IMG/VR virus record: IMGVR_UViG_3300009551_000005
Span: 1-64,000 of that record
Origin: a virus
Reading direction: 5' to 3' (one strand)
DNA length: 64,000 nt
Shown here: one piece after another, positions 18,191 through 27,183 of the stretch
Position numbering within the stretch: position 1 is the first letter of the stretch
How the letters are laid out: every line of letters starts with the position of its first letter
The notes under the pieces: generated by a model
Seen by the model: the letters and a program-made list of their open reading frames with translations, nothing else
Database searches by the model: none
Told to the model about the DNA's origin: nothing
Translations under genes and position numbers: made by a program

Positions 18191-18802
18191 ATGGCGGACG
18201 ACAAGCACATCGTGGTGTGGGACCCCCTGGGGGAGTTCGAACAGGGCTCGCTCCTGACGGCCGAGGAGGCGAACCTCCTCCATCAGAACCACGGCGCGGT
18301 GGTCATGCCCACCGACGTGGGACTTCACCGCCGGAGCGGCGTCGGCGGCTTCGCTTTCCGCGCATGGGGGGCGGGTTTCCCGCTCGAGAGCACCTATCCG
18401 CGTCACGTCTGCCCGCTCGTCCTCTTCGGTGACGGAGAGCACGGCTACGTGCACTGGGCGGTACGCCTGGTGGCCGAAGAGGAGCTCTACGAGCAGGTGC
18501 GAGGGGGTCGGAAGCTCGAAGGCCAGATCCGCTTCGGCGGAGACTCTTCGCAGATCAATCACCTCCATCCACCTCTCGCGGCGACCGACACCGCGATTCA
18601 CGGTCACAAGCTCACCGCGTCGAGCATGCACCGTACGGGCGGGTGGATCGTGGGCGGAGTCATCCCCTATCAGCCCCGCGCCGGCGACGGCGGCGGGCAC
18701 TATCCCTTCAGCGTCTACGGGCGCATGGAGGGGCTCAAGGCCGCGTGGGCGGCGTGCACCAAGACCGGAGCCGTGCGCGGCGTGATGGGAGGCTGGGGAT
18801 GA
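18191..18802 (+). CDS. hypothetical protein
   Basis: GAGGAGG RBS; TACCGT upstream. Confidence 0.6.
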   Translation: MADDKHIVVWDPLGEFEQGSLLTAEEANLLHQNHGAVVMPTDVGLHRRSGVGGFAFRAWGAGFPLESTYPRHVCPLVLFGDGEHGYVHWAVRLVAEEELYEQVRGGRKLEGQIRFGGDSSQINHLHPPLAATDTAIHGHKLTASSMHRTGGWIVGGVIPYQPRAGDGGGHYPFSVYGRMEGLKAAWAACTKTGAVRGVMGGWG

Positions 18803-19311
18803 GGTTTCAGCAGGTATTCAGGCGCTCCAAGACCGTCACCACGAACCCGGCGCTCGGCGGTGACCACGCGCCCGACAACACCACCGGGAGACCCGGAAAC
18901 GGCGCGGCGACGAGCTCCAACGGGAATCTCAACAACTGGGACAACGTCCTCAACGCGCCGTTCGCCAATTCGAGCGGATGGCCGGTGCAGCGCATCGCCG
19001 TCGCGGTCCGTTTCGATCCGACGACGACAGGCACCGCGACGCTCACTGCCAACGGCTACATCTACGAGGAGCTCACGGGCACGTGGCACCTCATGAACAG
19101 CAGCCCGATCACGCTCACCGCCAACCAGCTCGCGTTCTTCGACGTGCCGGCTATCCCGCCGGCCATCCAGACGTCGCAGTCGGGGCAGATGGGCGCGCCG
19201 TCAGCGGGCAGCATCGCGTTCATGCTGGTCCTCACCGACACCGGTGGGGCCACCGCGAGCGGAAACGTCACCGTGGCCATGGCGCCCGACACCACGAGCA
19301 ACCCGCTGTGA
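18799..19311 (+). CDS. putative virion protein
   Basis: T/N/G-rich beta-type composition. Confidence 0.6.
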   Translation: MRFQQVFRRSKTVTTNPALGGDHAPDNTTGRPGNGAATSSNGNLNNWDNVLNAPFANSSGWPVQRIAVAVRFDPTTTGTATLTANGYIYEELTGTWHLMNSSPITLTANQLAFFDVPAIPPAIQTSQSGQMGAPSAGSIAFMLVLTDTGGATASGNVTVAMAPDTTSNPL

Positions 19312-19625
19312 GCCTCAGGAGCAAGGTCGCAGAGATGTTCAGGCGCGTCGGCAACGCCGCGCACACGCTCGCCGAGAGGATCTCGCCCTCGATGCAGTGG
19401 ATCGAAGACGAGCCCGAAAGGCCGGCGGACCCCGCATCGCTCGGGGAGCTCGCGCCCATCGTGGAGCTCTCTCCCAAGGCGCGTGAGATGGTCGAGGCGG
19501 GTCTTCACCCGCCTCCCCGCCCCAAGCCCGCCGTCGGTGATCGATCACCGACGGCGACCCCTGAACCCCCGGTGAGCTTCCCCAAGCCCGCTGCCGGCGC
19601 TCGCGTGCGTTCCTGGCGCGGGTAG
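19308..19625 (+). CDS. hypothetical protein
   Basis: GTGA-coupled; contains palindrome copy 4 in frame. Confidence 0.55.
   Translation: MSLRSKVAEMFRRVGNAAHTLAERISPSMQWIEDEPERPADPASLGELAPIVELSPKAREMVEAGLHPPPRPKPAVGDRSPTATPEPPVSFPKPAAGARVRSWRG
19531..19554. repeat. 24-bp palindrome, copy 4 (intragenic)
   Basis: Exact copy (28-bp extension), 80 bp upstream of the portal start. Confidence 0.97.
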
Positions 19626-19634
19626 CATCGTCCC

Positions 19635-21527
19635 GTGGCAACGATGGCGAACCTCCAGCCGGTCGGTCGCGACTACGGCAACGAAGGGACCTACGGCCCG
19701 GGCTCTACCTTCCAGGGTCGCCAGGTCCTCGACTCCGCGCGCTACCGCTCTCTCGCCTGGAAGCAGGCCTACTACGCGTGCACGCAGCACGATCACAAGA
19801 AGCACGACTTCGACGGTCGGCTCGTCCAAAAGATGGGCGGTGGAGCGTTCGGCGCGCCGCTCATGACGTTCGAGAAGAGCGCCTACTTCGTGCCGTTGCG
19901 CGAGCGCCGGCCGAGCTTTCCCGCGCGCATCGGGCGCGTGATCGTGAATGCGTTCACGGGGCTCGTCTTCGGTGAGGGGCGCTTCCCTGAGATCATGTGC
20001 CGCGGCGACGTCGAGACGCAGGACTTCGCGCGCACGCTCTCGCGCGTCGCGCACTTGCCCTCGCGCATGATTCTCGCCGCCACGCGCGCTGGCGCGACGG
20101 GCACGGTCTGCCTCTCCTGGTGCTACCGGAATGGGCGCCCCAAGGTCACGGTGCACAACGCGCGGAACATCTACGTCCACAAGTGGGCGCACCGAGACGA
20201 GCACATCGTGAAGCACGCCTCGGAGATCTGGACGTTCCAGCAGGACGACCCAGACCCGAAGAGACCCGGGCAGCTCGTCACGAACACGTACTGGCGTCGT
20301 CGCGACTGGACGATGAACGCCGACATCATGTTCAAACCCGTTCTGCACGAGGAGGGGAAGGATCCCAACGAGAGCTGGGAGCCGGACCTTGGGCGCTCCG
20401 TCATCCACAACGACGGCGTGTGCCATCTCGAGTGGGCTCAGAACCTTCCCACCGACCAGATCGATGGCGAGGCCGATTACGAGGGGCTCTACGAGCAGAT
20501 GGACGAGTACGACACGATCTGGTCGGTCGTGACGCGCTCCGCGAAGCTCAATCTCGACCCGACGCTGAAGTTGAAGATGGACCCCGCGATGCTCGGCAAG
20601 AAAGCCGTGGCGAAGGGATCGGACAACTCGCTCATCGTGGGCGTTGACGGTGACGCGGAGTACCTCGAGCTCGAGGGCCAGAGCGTGAAGGCGGGTATCG
20701 ATCTCCTCGGCTCCATGCGGCGCGAGATCCTCGAGCAGGCGCAGTGCATCGTGCCCGACCCGGACACGGTGGCCGCGCAGGGAGTCAGCTCCGTCGCCAT
20801 CCGTGCGATGTACGAGCCGATGCTCAACAAGGCGAGCATCAAGAGGGAGCAGCTCCACCAGCCCATCGAGAGGATCCTCGACGGTCTCATCACCTCCGCG
20901 CGCGCGAAGAGCGGCAAGAAAGTGTTCGTCTTCGTCGACGGCGTGGAGGTCGAGGACGTCTTCGAGGTGAAGCTCCCCAAGCGCGCGGAGGAGGAAGACG
21001 AAGTCGACGAGGACGGCAATCCCACCGGCGAGAAGAAGGTGAACATGGTCGAGCGCACGCCCGGTGAGGGCGAGGAGATTGAGCTCGAGCCGCGTCCCTA
21101 CTTCACGCTCACGCCGGCGGATCTCGGAGCCATCGCCACGTACCTCTCCACGTCGCTCGGCGGCACCACCGCGTTCATGGCGGTGGAGACCGCGGCTGGC
21201 GAGATGGCCAAGGCCATCGGCAAAGACGGCAAAGAGGAGTGGCGCAAGATTCAGCACGCCGGCGCGCAGGCGCAGCAGAAGCAGCAGGACATGTTCGACG
21301 ACCACGACGCGGATGCGGGCGGGAAGGTCGAGCACGAGATGCAGCTTCCCGGCGGTGCGAAGGTCAAGACGTCCAAGGCTCCCAAGCCCCCGCCGCCCAA
21401 GCCCCCGCTCCCCGGCATGGGCGGACCGCCGAAGCCCGGCGCGCCTCCAGGCATGCCCGGCGCGAAGGAGATGGGCGGCGACGAAAGCGCAGGAGCGAAG
21501 CCCCCGGCGGGCAAGCCTCCGAAGTGA
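19635..21527 (+). CDS. portal protein
   Basis: Size, position before the minor head gene, SPP1-like pattern (IVNAFTGLVFG, DAEYLE, SSVAIRAMYEPM), Pro/Lys-rich tail. Confidence 0.8.
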   Translation: MATMANLQPVGRDYGNEGTYGPGSTFQGRQVLDSARYRSLAWKQAYYACTQHDHKKHDFDGRLVQKMGGGAFGAPLMTFEKSAYFVPLRERRPSFPARIGRVIVNAFTGLVFGEGRFPEIMCRGDVETQDFARTLSRVAHLPSRMILAATRAGATGTVCLSWCYRNGRPKVTVHNARNIYVHKWAHRDEHIVKHASEIWTFQQDDPDPKRPGQLVTNTYWRRRDWTMNADIMFKPVLHEEGKDPNESWEPDLGRSVIHNDGVCHLEWAQNLPTDQIDGEADYEGLYEQMDEYDTIWSVVTRSAKLNLDPTLKLKMDPAMLGKKAVAKGSDNSLIVGVDGDAEYLELEGQSVKAGIDLLGSMRREILEQAQCIVPDPDTVAAQGVSSVAIRAMYEPMLNKASIKREQLHQPIERILDGLITSARAKSGKKVFVFVDGVEVEDVFEVKLPKRAEEEDEVDEDGNPTGEKKVNMVERTPGEGEEIELEPRPYFTLTPADLGAIATYLSTSLGGTTAFMAVETAAGEMAKAIGKDGKEEWRKIQHAGAQAQQKQQDMFDDHDADAGGKVEHEMQLPGGAKVKTSKAPKPPPPKPPLPGMGGPPKPGAPPGMPGAKEMGGDESAGAKPPAGKPPK

Positions 21528-21533
21528 GGGCCC

Positions 21534-22580
21534 ATGCCCAAGACTCCCGCGCAGGTCGTCAAAGCGCTTCAGAGTGACCGCCGAGACGCGCTCCGCGTCG
21601 TCCAGCAAAAAGGTCTCAAGGGGACGCGTCAGCTCCTCAAGAGCGCCCACGTGGAGCTCGCAGAGCGCCTCGACGCGGTGATGGAGAAGAGCGGCGAGGA
21701 CACGTACACCGCGGCGAAGGTTCGCGCGCAGCTCGAGCAGGTGAAGCTCGTCGAGAAGCGGCTCACGCTCGGGATGCGCGGGCTTGTCCTTCAACAGGGC
21801 GAGGACGCCGCCGGGCTGGCGGTGGAGCACACTGTGCGTGCGCTCGTCGACGGTGAGGCGGCGCACCACGGCGCGGCGCTGGCGGAGGCACTGCCGCTCC
21901 GCGAGGCGTCGATGCTCGATGAAGCGGTCGTGGGCGTGCGCGCGAGCATCCTGCGCAGGCTTGGTGGCGATCCCGAGCATCCCGCGGCCGAGGGCATCCT
22001 CGCGCGCTATGGGGAGGCGACCGTGGGCACCTTCGAGCAGGAGCTCAGGATGGGCCTTCTGACGGGCAGGACGTGGGAGGCGACCGCAGACCGCCTCGAG
22101 GCGCGCTCACCATTCCTCGCCGGGCAGCCGCGCTTCTGGGCGGAGAGGATTGTGCGCACCGAGACCATGGGCGCGTACAACCGCGCGGGCTTCGAGGCGA
22201 CGCGCGAGGCGGATGAGCAGCTCGGTGACGCGGTGAAGATCCTCGTTTCCACGTTCGATGACCGGACGGGCGCAGACAGCATCGACGTCCACGGTCAGAT
22301 CCGTAGGCCGGAGGAGGCGTTCGAGTCCTGGTTCGGACTTTTTCAGCACCCGCCGGACCGCCCGAACGATCGCGCGGTGGTCGTCCCGCACCGCATCTCG
22401 TGGCCCATTCCGCCGGAGCTCGCGTGGCGTCCGCGCGCGGAGGTTCTTCAGCGCTGGAAGGCGGAGAAGCGGAAGGGTGCTCCTCCGCCGCGTCCCAAGA
22501 TGACTACGGTGCCGCTCTCTCGCTTCGGCGCCGCGCCGGCGCGCGCGAAGGGCGGGGACTCGGAGTCGCCTGGTTCCTGA
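21534..22580 (+). CDS. minor head protein (Mu gpF/SPP1 gp7-like)
   Basis: AERIVRTETMGAYN, DDRT and HPPDRPNDR motifs. Confidence 0.85.
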   Translation: MPKTPAQVVKALQSDRRDALRVVQQKGLKGTRQLLKSAHVELAERLDAVMEKSGEDTYTAAKVRAQLEQVKLVEKRLTLGMRGLVLQQGEDAAGLAVEHTVRALVDGEAAHHGAALAEALPLREASMLDEAVVGVRASILRRLGGDPEHPAAEGILARYGEATVGTFEQELRMGLLTGRTWEATADRLEARSPFLAGQPRFWAERIVRTETMGAYNRAGFEATREADEQLGDAVKILVSTFDDRTGADSIDVHGQIRRPEEAFESWFGLFQHPPDRPNDRAVVVPHRISWPIPPELAWRPRAEVLQRWKAEKRKGAPPPRPKMTTVPLSRFGAAPARAKGGDSESPGS

Positions 22581-22722
22581 GCGCGTCGACGGTGGCAGCG
22601 ACGAGCCTCGCCTTGTAGTCCAAGCCCCCGCCCGCGACCTTCACGCCCATCCACTTCGCGAGCCTCGCCACCTTCTCCGTCTCCATGAACGGGAGGTAGG
22701 CCGCCGTGTCGTTGTCCGCCAT
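22504..22722 (-). CDS. small hypothetical protein
   Basis: GCGGCAT-N11-ATG on the minus strand. Confidence 0.45.
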   Translation of the reverse strand: MADNDTAAYLPFMETEKVARLAKWMGVKVAGGGLDYKARLVAATVDALRNQATPSPRPSRAPARRRSERAAP

Positions 22723-22795
22723 GCGCGGATGCTATGCCGCTCGGCCCCTCCCTGGTACCGTCCTCTCACAAGGAAGAAAGAGGAGGCAGACGGTC

Positions 22796-24100
22796 ATGGC
22801 TAAGTGGATCCTGCTCAACAAGGTCGCCATCGGAGGCCTGACCCAGTTCCCCGGCATCACGGTCGACGACACCGCGCAGGCGTCTCGTTACCAGGCCATT
22901 CTTGCTGCCAACGGCGTGTTCACGCAGAGCACCAACGCCGCAGTCGCCGCGATGGCAGCTTTCGTGACTGCGCAGCACGCGGCGAAGGGCATCAGCGAAG
23001 ATCTCGCGCAGTCGTACATGTTCGCGTCGCTCCTCGGTTCTCTCCAGATTGGCGGCGAGAGCGCGACGGGCGCCATTACCGCAGGCACGACGCGCACGCG
23101 CGCGGGGGCGACTGCGCTCACGAGCACGGTCAACTTCGTCACCACCTCCACTGCACCGGCTGCGGGCACTGTTCTCGGTGATGGCGTCGTCCTGAGGGCC
23201 TCGACTCCGGGTGTTACCCAGAAGGTCGCCAACTCGACCGCGAACGTCATCCAGGTCTACGCGGCCGGTTCGGACACCATCAACGGCATCGCCGGCGCGA
23301 CGGGCGTCCCCGTGCCGCCTGGCGACGTCGCCTACTTCGAGTGTGCGGTGGCTGGCGCGTGGATGTTCGAAGCGGGTCTCGGTGCAACGGGCCAGCTCTC
23401 GCTCGTCCTCGCGTGCGACGGCATCACCGCGGCGGGCACGAGCCAAGCGACGGCAACGCAGCTCGTGGCGAACATCAACAACGTCACGACCGTCGCTGCC
23501 GGAACCGGTGTGAACCTCCCCGCGAGCGCGCCGGGGCAGGACATCACCATCATGAACAACGGAGCCAATCCGCTCCTCGTCTATCCGCTCCAGGGCGCGA
23601 CGGACACCATCAACGGTGTCGCTGCGACGACCGGCATTGCCATTCACCCGGGCACTACGGCCACGTTCAACTCGAGCGCCGCAGGTGCGTGGACCGTGCA
23701 GCCTGCATCCCCGGTCATGGTGAAGCGGAACAACCCCGCGCAGACCGACGCCGCCTACCAGCTCACCGCGGCGGACATCACCGGCGGCGTGGCGGAGGTC
23801 GATGCCATCTTCACGACCACCATCACCGCGGGCCGCACGCTCACGCTTCCGACGCCTGCGCAGCTCGTCGCCGCGCTGCACGCTCCGACGGTGGGTACGA
23901 GCTACAAGCTGCGGATCATCAACGCGCAAGCTGGTGCGTTCAGCTTCACGGTCGCGAACAACGCGACTCCGTGGACGCTGGTCGGCTCTCCCACGCTCAC
24001 CATCGCGCAGAACACCTGGCGCGACTTCGTGGTCACGGTGACTGCGGTCGGCACTCCGGCGGTCTCTCTCGCGGCGGCTGGCACCGGCACCTACTCCTGA
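22796..24100 (+). CDS. putative head fibre/decoration protein 1
   Basis: A/T/G-rich; internal duplication (DTINGIAGATG / DTINGVAATTG); shared N-terminal module. Confidence 0.7.
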   Translation: MAKWILLNKVAIGGLTQFPGITVDDTAQASRYQAILAANGVFTQSTNAAVAAMAAFVTAQHAAKGISEDLAQSYMFASLLGSLQIGGESATGAITAGTTRTRAGATALTSTVNFVTTSTAPAAGTVLGDGVVLRASTPGVTQKVANSTANVIQVYAAGSDTINGIAGATGVPVPPGDVAYFECAVAGAWMFEAGLGATGQLSLVLACDGITAAGTSQATATQLVANINNVTTVAAGTGVNLPASAPGQDITIMNNGANPLLVYPLQGATDTINGVAATTGIAIHPGTTATFNSSAAGAWTVQPASPVMVKRNNPAQTDAAYQLTAADITGGVAEVDAIFTTTITAGRTLTLPTPAQLVAALHAPTVGTSYKLRIINAQAGAFSFTVANNATPWTLVGSPTLTIAQNTWRDFVVTVTAVGTPAVSLAAAGTGTYS

Positions 24101-24109
24101 GGTCTTTCG

Positions 24110-25222
24110 ATGCTCTGGTACGCGGTCACTGGGACAATCGTCGCGGGCAACCAGATCTGGCCTGGTACGCCCATCGACGACGTCGCGAACCCCCAGTTCC
24201 TGGCCAACTACCAGACGGCTGGGGGCATCGCGATTCCAGCGTTCGACCCGAACCTCGCCACTGCGGCCGCCAAGGTGCAGAAGGCGCGGCTTCAGGGGAA
24301 AGACGTCCTGTGGTGCGAGTTCCTCATGCTGGGGTCCCTCGCGCTGTCGCACATCACCCAGATCGACGGCGTGTTCGGGACCGGAGTGAACGGGAACCTC
24401 GTGTTCGACGGCACGAGCACCGTGCTGGGCATGACGCCCAGCAACGGCGTCTACACGATGGCCCAGGACATCTTCGCGGCGTCCATCACCATCGCCGCGG
24501 GAGCGACGCTCGTACCAGGAGGCTACCGGCTCTACGTCGCAGGAACGCTGAACGTCATCGGTGATCTCGCGATCGACGGTGGGGCCGGAGGTAACGGCTC
24601 CGCCGGCGTCGCGGGCACCGCGGGTGTCGGCATCACCGGCGTCACGTTCAGCGCCTCCGGCGGAGGCTTCAACGGTGGTGCGGGCGGCACCAACGCGGCG
24701 GGAACCAACGGCGTCTCTTCGACCAACGTCGCCGCCACCGGAGGCGCGGGCGGAGCGGGTGGATCAGGTGGTGCTCACGCCGGCGGCAGCGGTGGAACCA
24801 TCACCGCCACGCCGGCGACCAACGGAGGGATCGACAACTCCACCTACATGGAGCAGGGCATCACCGCGGGCTTCGGTGGCGGGCTCGCGGGCGGCGCGGG
24901 CGGGGGCGGCGGAGGGAGCACCGACGGGAGCTCCGGTGGCGGCGGCGGAGGCGGTGGCGGCGGAGCGATGATCGTTGTCGCCTACTGCGTGAACAACACC
25001 GGGAAGATTCACGCGAACGGCGGCAAGGGTGGCAACGCCGGAGGCTCGACCGCAGCAGGTGGAGGCGGCGGAGGCGGCGGAGGTCTCATCGTTCTCTTCT
25101 CGCGCTTCTACGGCGGTGGCGGTCAGCTCACCGTCAACCCGGGCGCGGGCGGCTCGAAGACCAGCACCGGCGTCGCGGGCAGCCCGGGTCTCGTCGGGAC
25201 CATCAAGCAACTGCGGGTCTGA
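24110..25222 (+). CDS. glycine-rich fibre protein 2
   Basis: Poly-Gly runs; shared N-terminal module. Confidence 0.7.
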   Translation: MLWYAVTGTIVAGNQIWPGTPIDDVANPQFLANYQTAGGIAIPAFDPNLATAAAKVQKARLQGKDVLWCEFLMLGSLALSHITQIDGVFGTGVNGNLVFDGTSTVLGMTPSNGVYTMAQDIFAASITIAAGATLVPGGYRLYVAGTLNVIGDLAIDGGAGGNGSAGVAGTAGVGITGVTFSASGGGFNGGAGGTNAAGTNGVSSTNVAATGGAGGAGGSGGAHAGGSGGTITATPATNGGIDNSTYMEQGITAGFGGGLAGGAGGGGGGSTDGSSGGGGGGGGGGAMIVVAYCVNNTGKIHANGGKGGNAGGSTAAGGGGGGGGGLIVLFSRFYGGGGQLTVNPGAGGSKTSTGVAGSPGLVGTIKQLRV

Positions 25223-25225
25223 TCG

Positions 25226-27166
25226 ATGAGCACCAAGTGGGCACTCATCAACACCACGACGCTGCGCGGGGGACGCAAAGTCCTCCCCGGCGAGATCGTC
25301 GATGACAATCCGAGCGGTCCGCAGGCGAAGGACTACGCAGACCTCCTGAGCGCCAACGCGGAGCTCTGGCCCATCGCCAACGCCATCATCGCGAGCGCCC
25401 AGCTCCGCGCCTCTCGCGCGAGGACGCAACGCGCGGTGAACGAGCTCGAGCTCGAGAGCATCATGCGTGCTGGTGCGTCGATGGCGCTCCGCGCCGCGGC
25501 TTCGGCACCGGCGGCTCCGAGCCTCGCCGCGGTCACCGCCATTGAGGCATCGGGATTCCTCTTCGGCGCGCAGGTCTACACGAGCGCTCCGCTCTGGAGC
25601 CGCTACGTGTTCAACCCGGCGAGCACGATCGCCGCGGACGGACGCGAGGTGCTGAACGCCACGGTAGGTGGCGCTATCGCGGCGACGGGGCGCTGGCACC
25701 TCGATACGAGCTACGTCGACCCAATCAACGTTGCCATCACGAACTGGTACGTGAACCAGACCACGGGTCACGACGACACGGGCGACGGCACCCAGACGCG
25801 TCCCGTCGCGTCCGTCGACGAAGTGTTCCGCCGTCGCGGCTACAAGACGAGCCTCTCGCTGCTCGTCGTGAACGTCGTGGGTGCGAGCTACGTGGGGGAC
25901 ATTGTCGTCGACCTCCAAGCCGCGACGGGCACTACGACTTACCTGCGCTTCGGTCAGAACCAGGTGGCGGTCGGCACGCTCTCGAGCATCGCTTACCCGG
26001 CGCGCACGCTTGGAGGCGACGCGACCATCATCGACTCCAACGACATCGCGGACTGGACGCCCCACATCGGCCGGCAGATTGTCTTCGCGGGCGGCGCCGT
26101 CGCCGATATCGTGGGCGCGCCCTCGGCCCATCAAGCGCGCATCACGCTTCCCAGCACCTACGACACCGCGGGTGGCACGGCGAGCTACGGGCTCACCACG
26201 TACCCGAGCCTTCAGATCCCCGGGAACGCGACGTTCACGGTTTGCGACCGCACTCGCCACACCGGCACGCTGCGCCTCTCGTGCGCTTCGCAGACATCGG
26301 TTGCCGCGCTCGAGGCCGGGGTGCTTGTGGCGCAGTACCCGGACAGCGATCTGCTCGAGCCGGGGAACAACGTCGTGGTGGTCGGCCAGCGCCTGCACGG
26401 GCTCTTCGTCGGGCCGGACGTGAGCTGCGACGCCTGCTACGTGCTCGGCGGCAGCGTCGTCGACGACGGCATCGGCATCTCGAACCGCGCCTCCTACGTG
26501 TTCGCCCAGACAACCTACTTCACGAGCTCGGTCATCGTCGGGCCCGGGAAGCTCCACCTCGACGACGATGCGATCCTCGACGGCGTGACGCCGAGCGTGG
26601 ACGCGGGCGGGATGATCAAGCTCGAGGACAACCTCTGCGTCCTCAACTGCGACTCGCCGCTCTCCACGGGCGACGGCATGGTCGAGTGCCCCGGGGCGAA
26701 CATCTACGGCTTCGGGATCACAACGGGCGTCATCCGCGTCGGCCAGCTCGGGAAGCTGAGCGCGCACAATGTTCGCGTGAACGCGACGGGCGCCCCCGCC
26801 GTCGTCTTCGACAGCGCGAGCTCCAGCGTCTATCGCGGCGACGCCGCGCCCCCGCCCACGACCGCCATCACGGCGCCGACCGTGCTCGCCGCCTCCAACA
26901 TCTCCGTCGACCTCGACACGTCGACCGGCGCCTTCGCGCAGGGGACGCCGCAGCACCTGCCGGTCGCGCCCTACGACAACTACGAGATCACGTTCCTCGT
27001 CTTTGGCGCGAACCCCGCCTGGTGGATCGCGCCCGCTGGGGCGACGGCGCAGAACCCAGACAACCCGAGCGCGGCGCCCACGGCGCTCGCCGTCTCCTGC
27101 TCCGCGGTAGGCTCGACTGTTACGTTCCGGTGGGTCGCTGCTCGGAACACGTACCGCGTCGTCTGA
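25226..27166 (+). CDS. fibre/spike protein 3 (possible beta-helix)
   Basis: WYVNQTTGHDDTGDGT motif; shared N-terminal module. Confidence 0.7.
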   Translation: MSTKWALINTTTLRGGRKVLPGEIVDDNPSGPQAKDYADLLSANAELWPIANAIIASAQLRASRARTQRAVNELELESIMRAGASMALRAAASAPAAPSLAAVTAIEASGFLFGAQVYTSAPLWSRYVFNPASTIAADGREVLNATVGGAIAATGRWHLDTSYVDPINVAITNWYVNQTTGHDDTGDGTQTRPVASVDEVFRRRGYKTSLSLLVVNVVGASYVGDIVVDLQAATGTTTYLRFGQNQVAVGTLSSIAYPARTLGGDATIIDSNDIADWTPHIGRQIVFAGGAVADIVGAPSAHQARITLPSTYDTAGGTASYGLTTYPSLQIPGNATFTVCDRTRHTGTLRLSCASQTSVAALEAGVLVAQYPDSDLLEPGNNVVVVGQRLHGLFVGPDVSCDACYVLGGSVVDDGIGISNRASYVFAQTTYFTSSVIVGPGKLHLDDDAILDGVTPSVDAGGMIKLEDNLCVLNCDSPLSTGDGMVECPGANIYGFGITTGVIRVGQLGKLSAHNVRVNATGAPAVVFDSASSSVYRGDAAPPPTTAITAPTVLAASNISVDLDTSTGAFAQGTPQHLPVAPYDNYEITFLVFGANPAWWIAPAGATAQNPDNPSAAPTALAVSCSAVGSTVTFRWVAARNTYRVV

Positions 27167-27183
27167 CGCGAGAGGAGAGGTCG

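Noticed and set aside
26242-27183. 5' extensions of ORF-track calls (26242, 35991, 44273, 2714)
   Set aside because: They overlap real genes in other frames; RBS-supported starts are 27184, 37542, 45011 and 2993.
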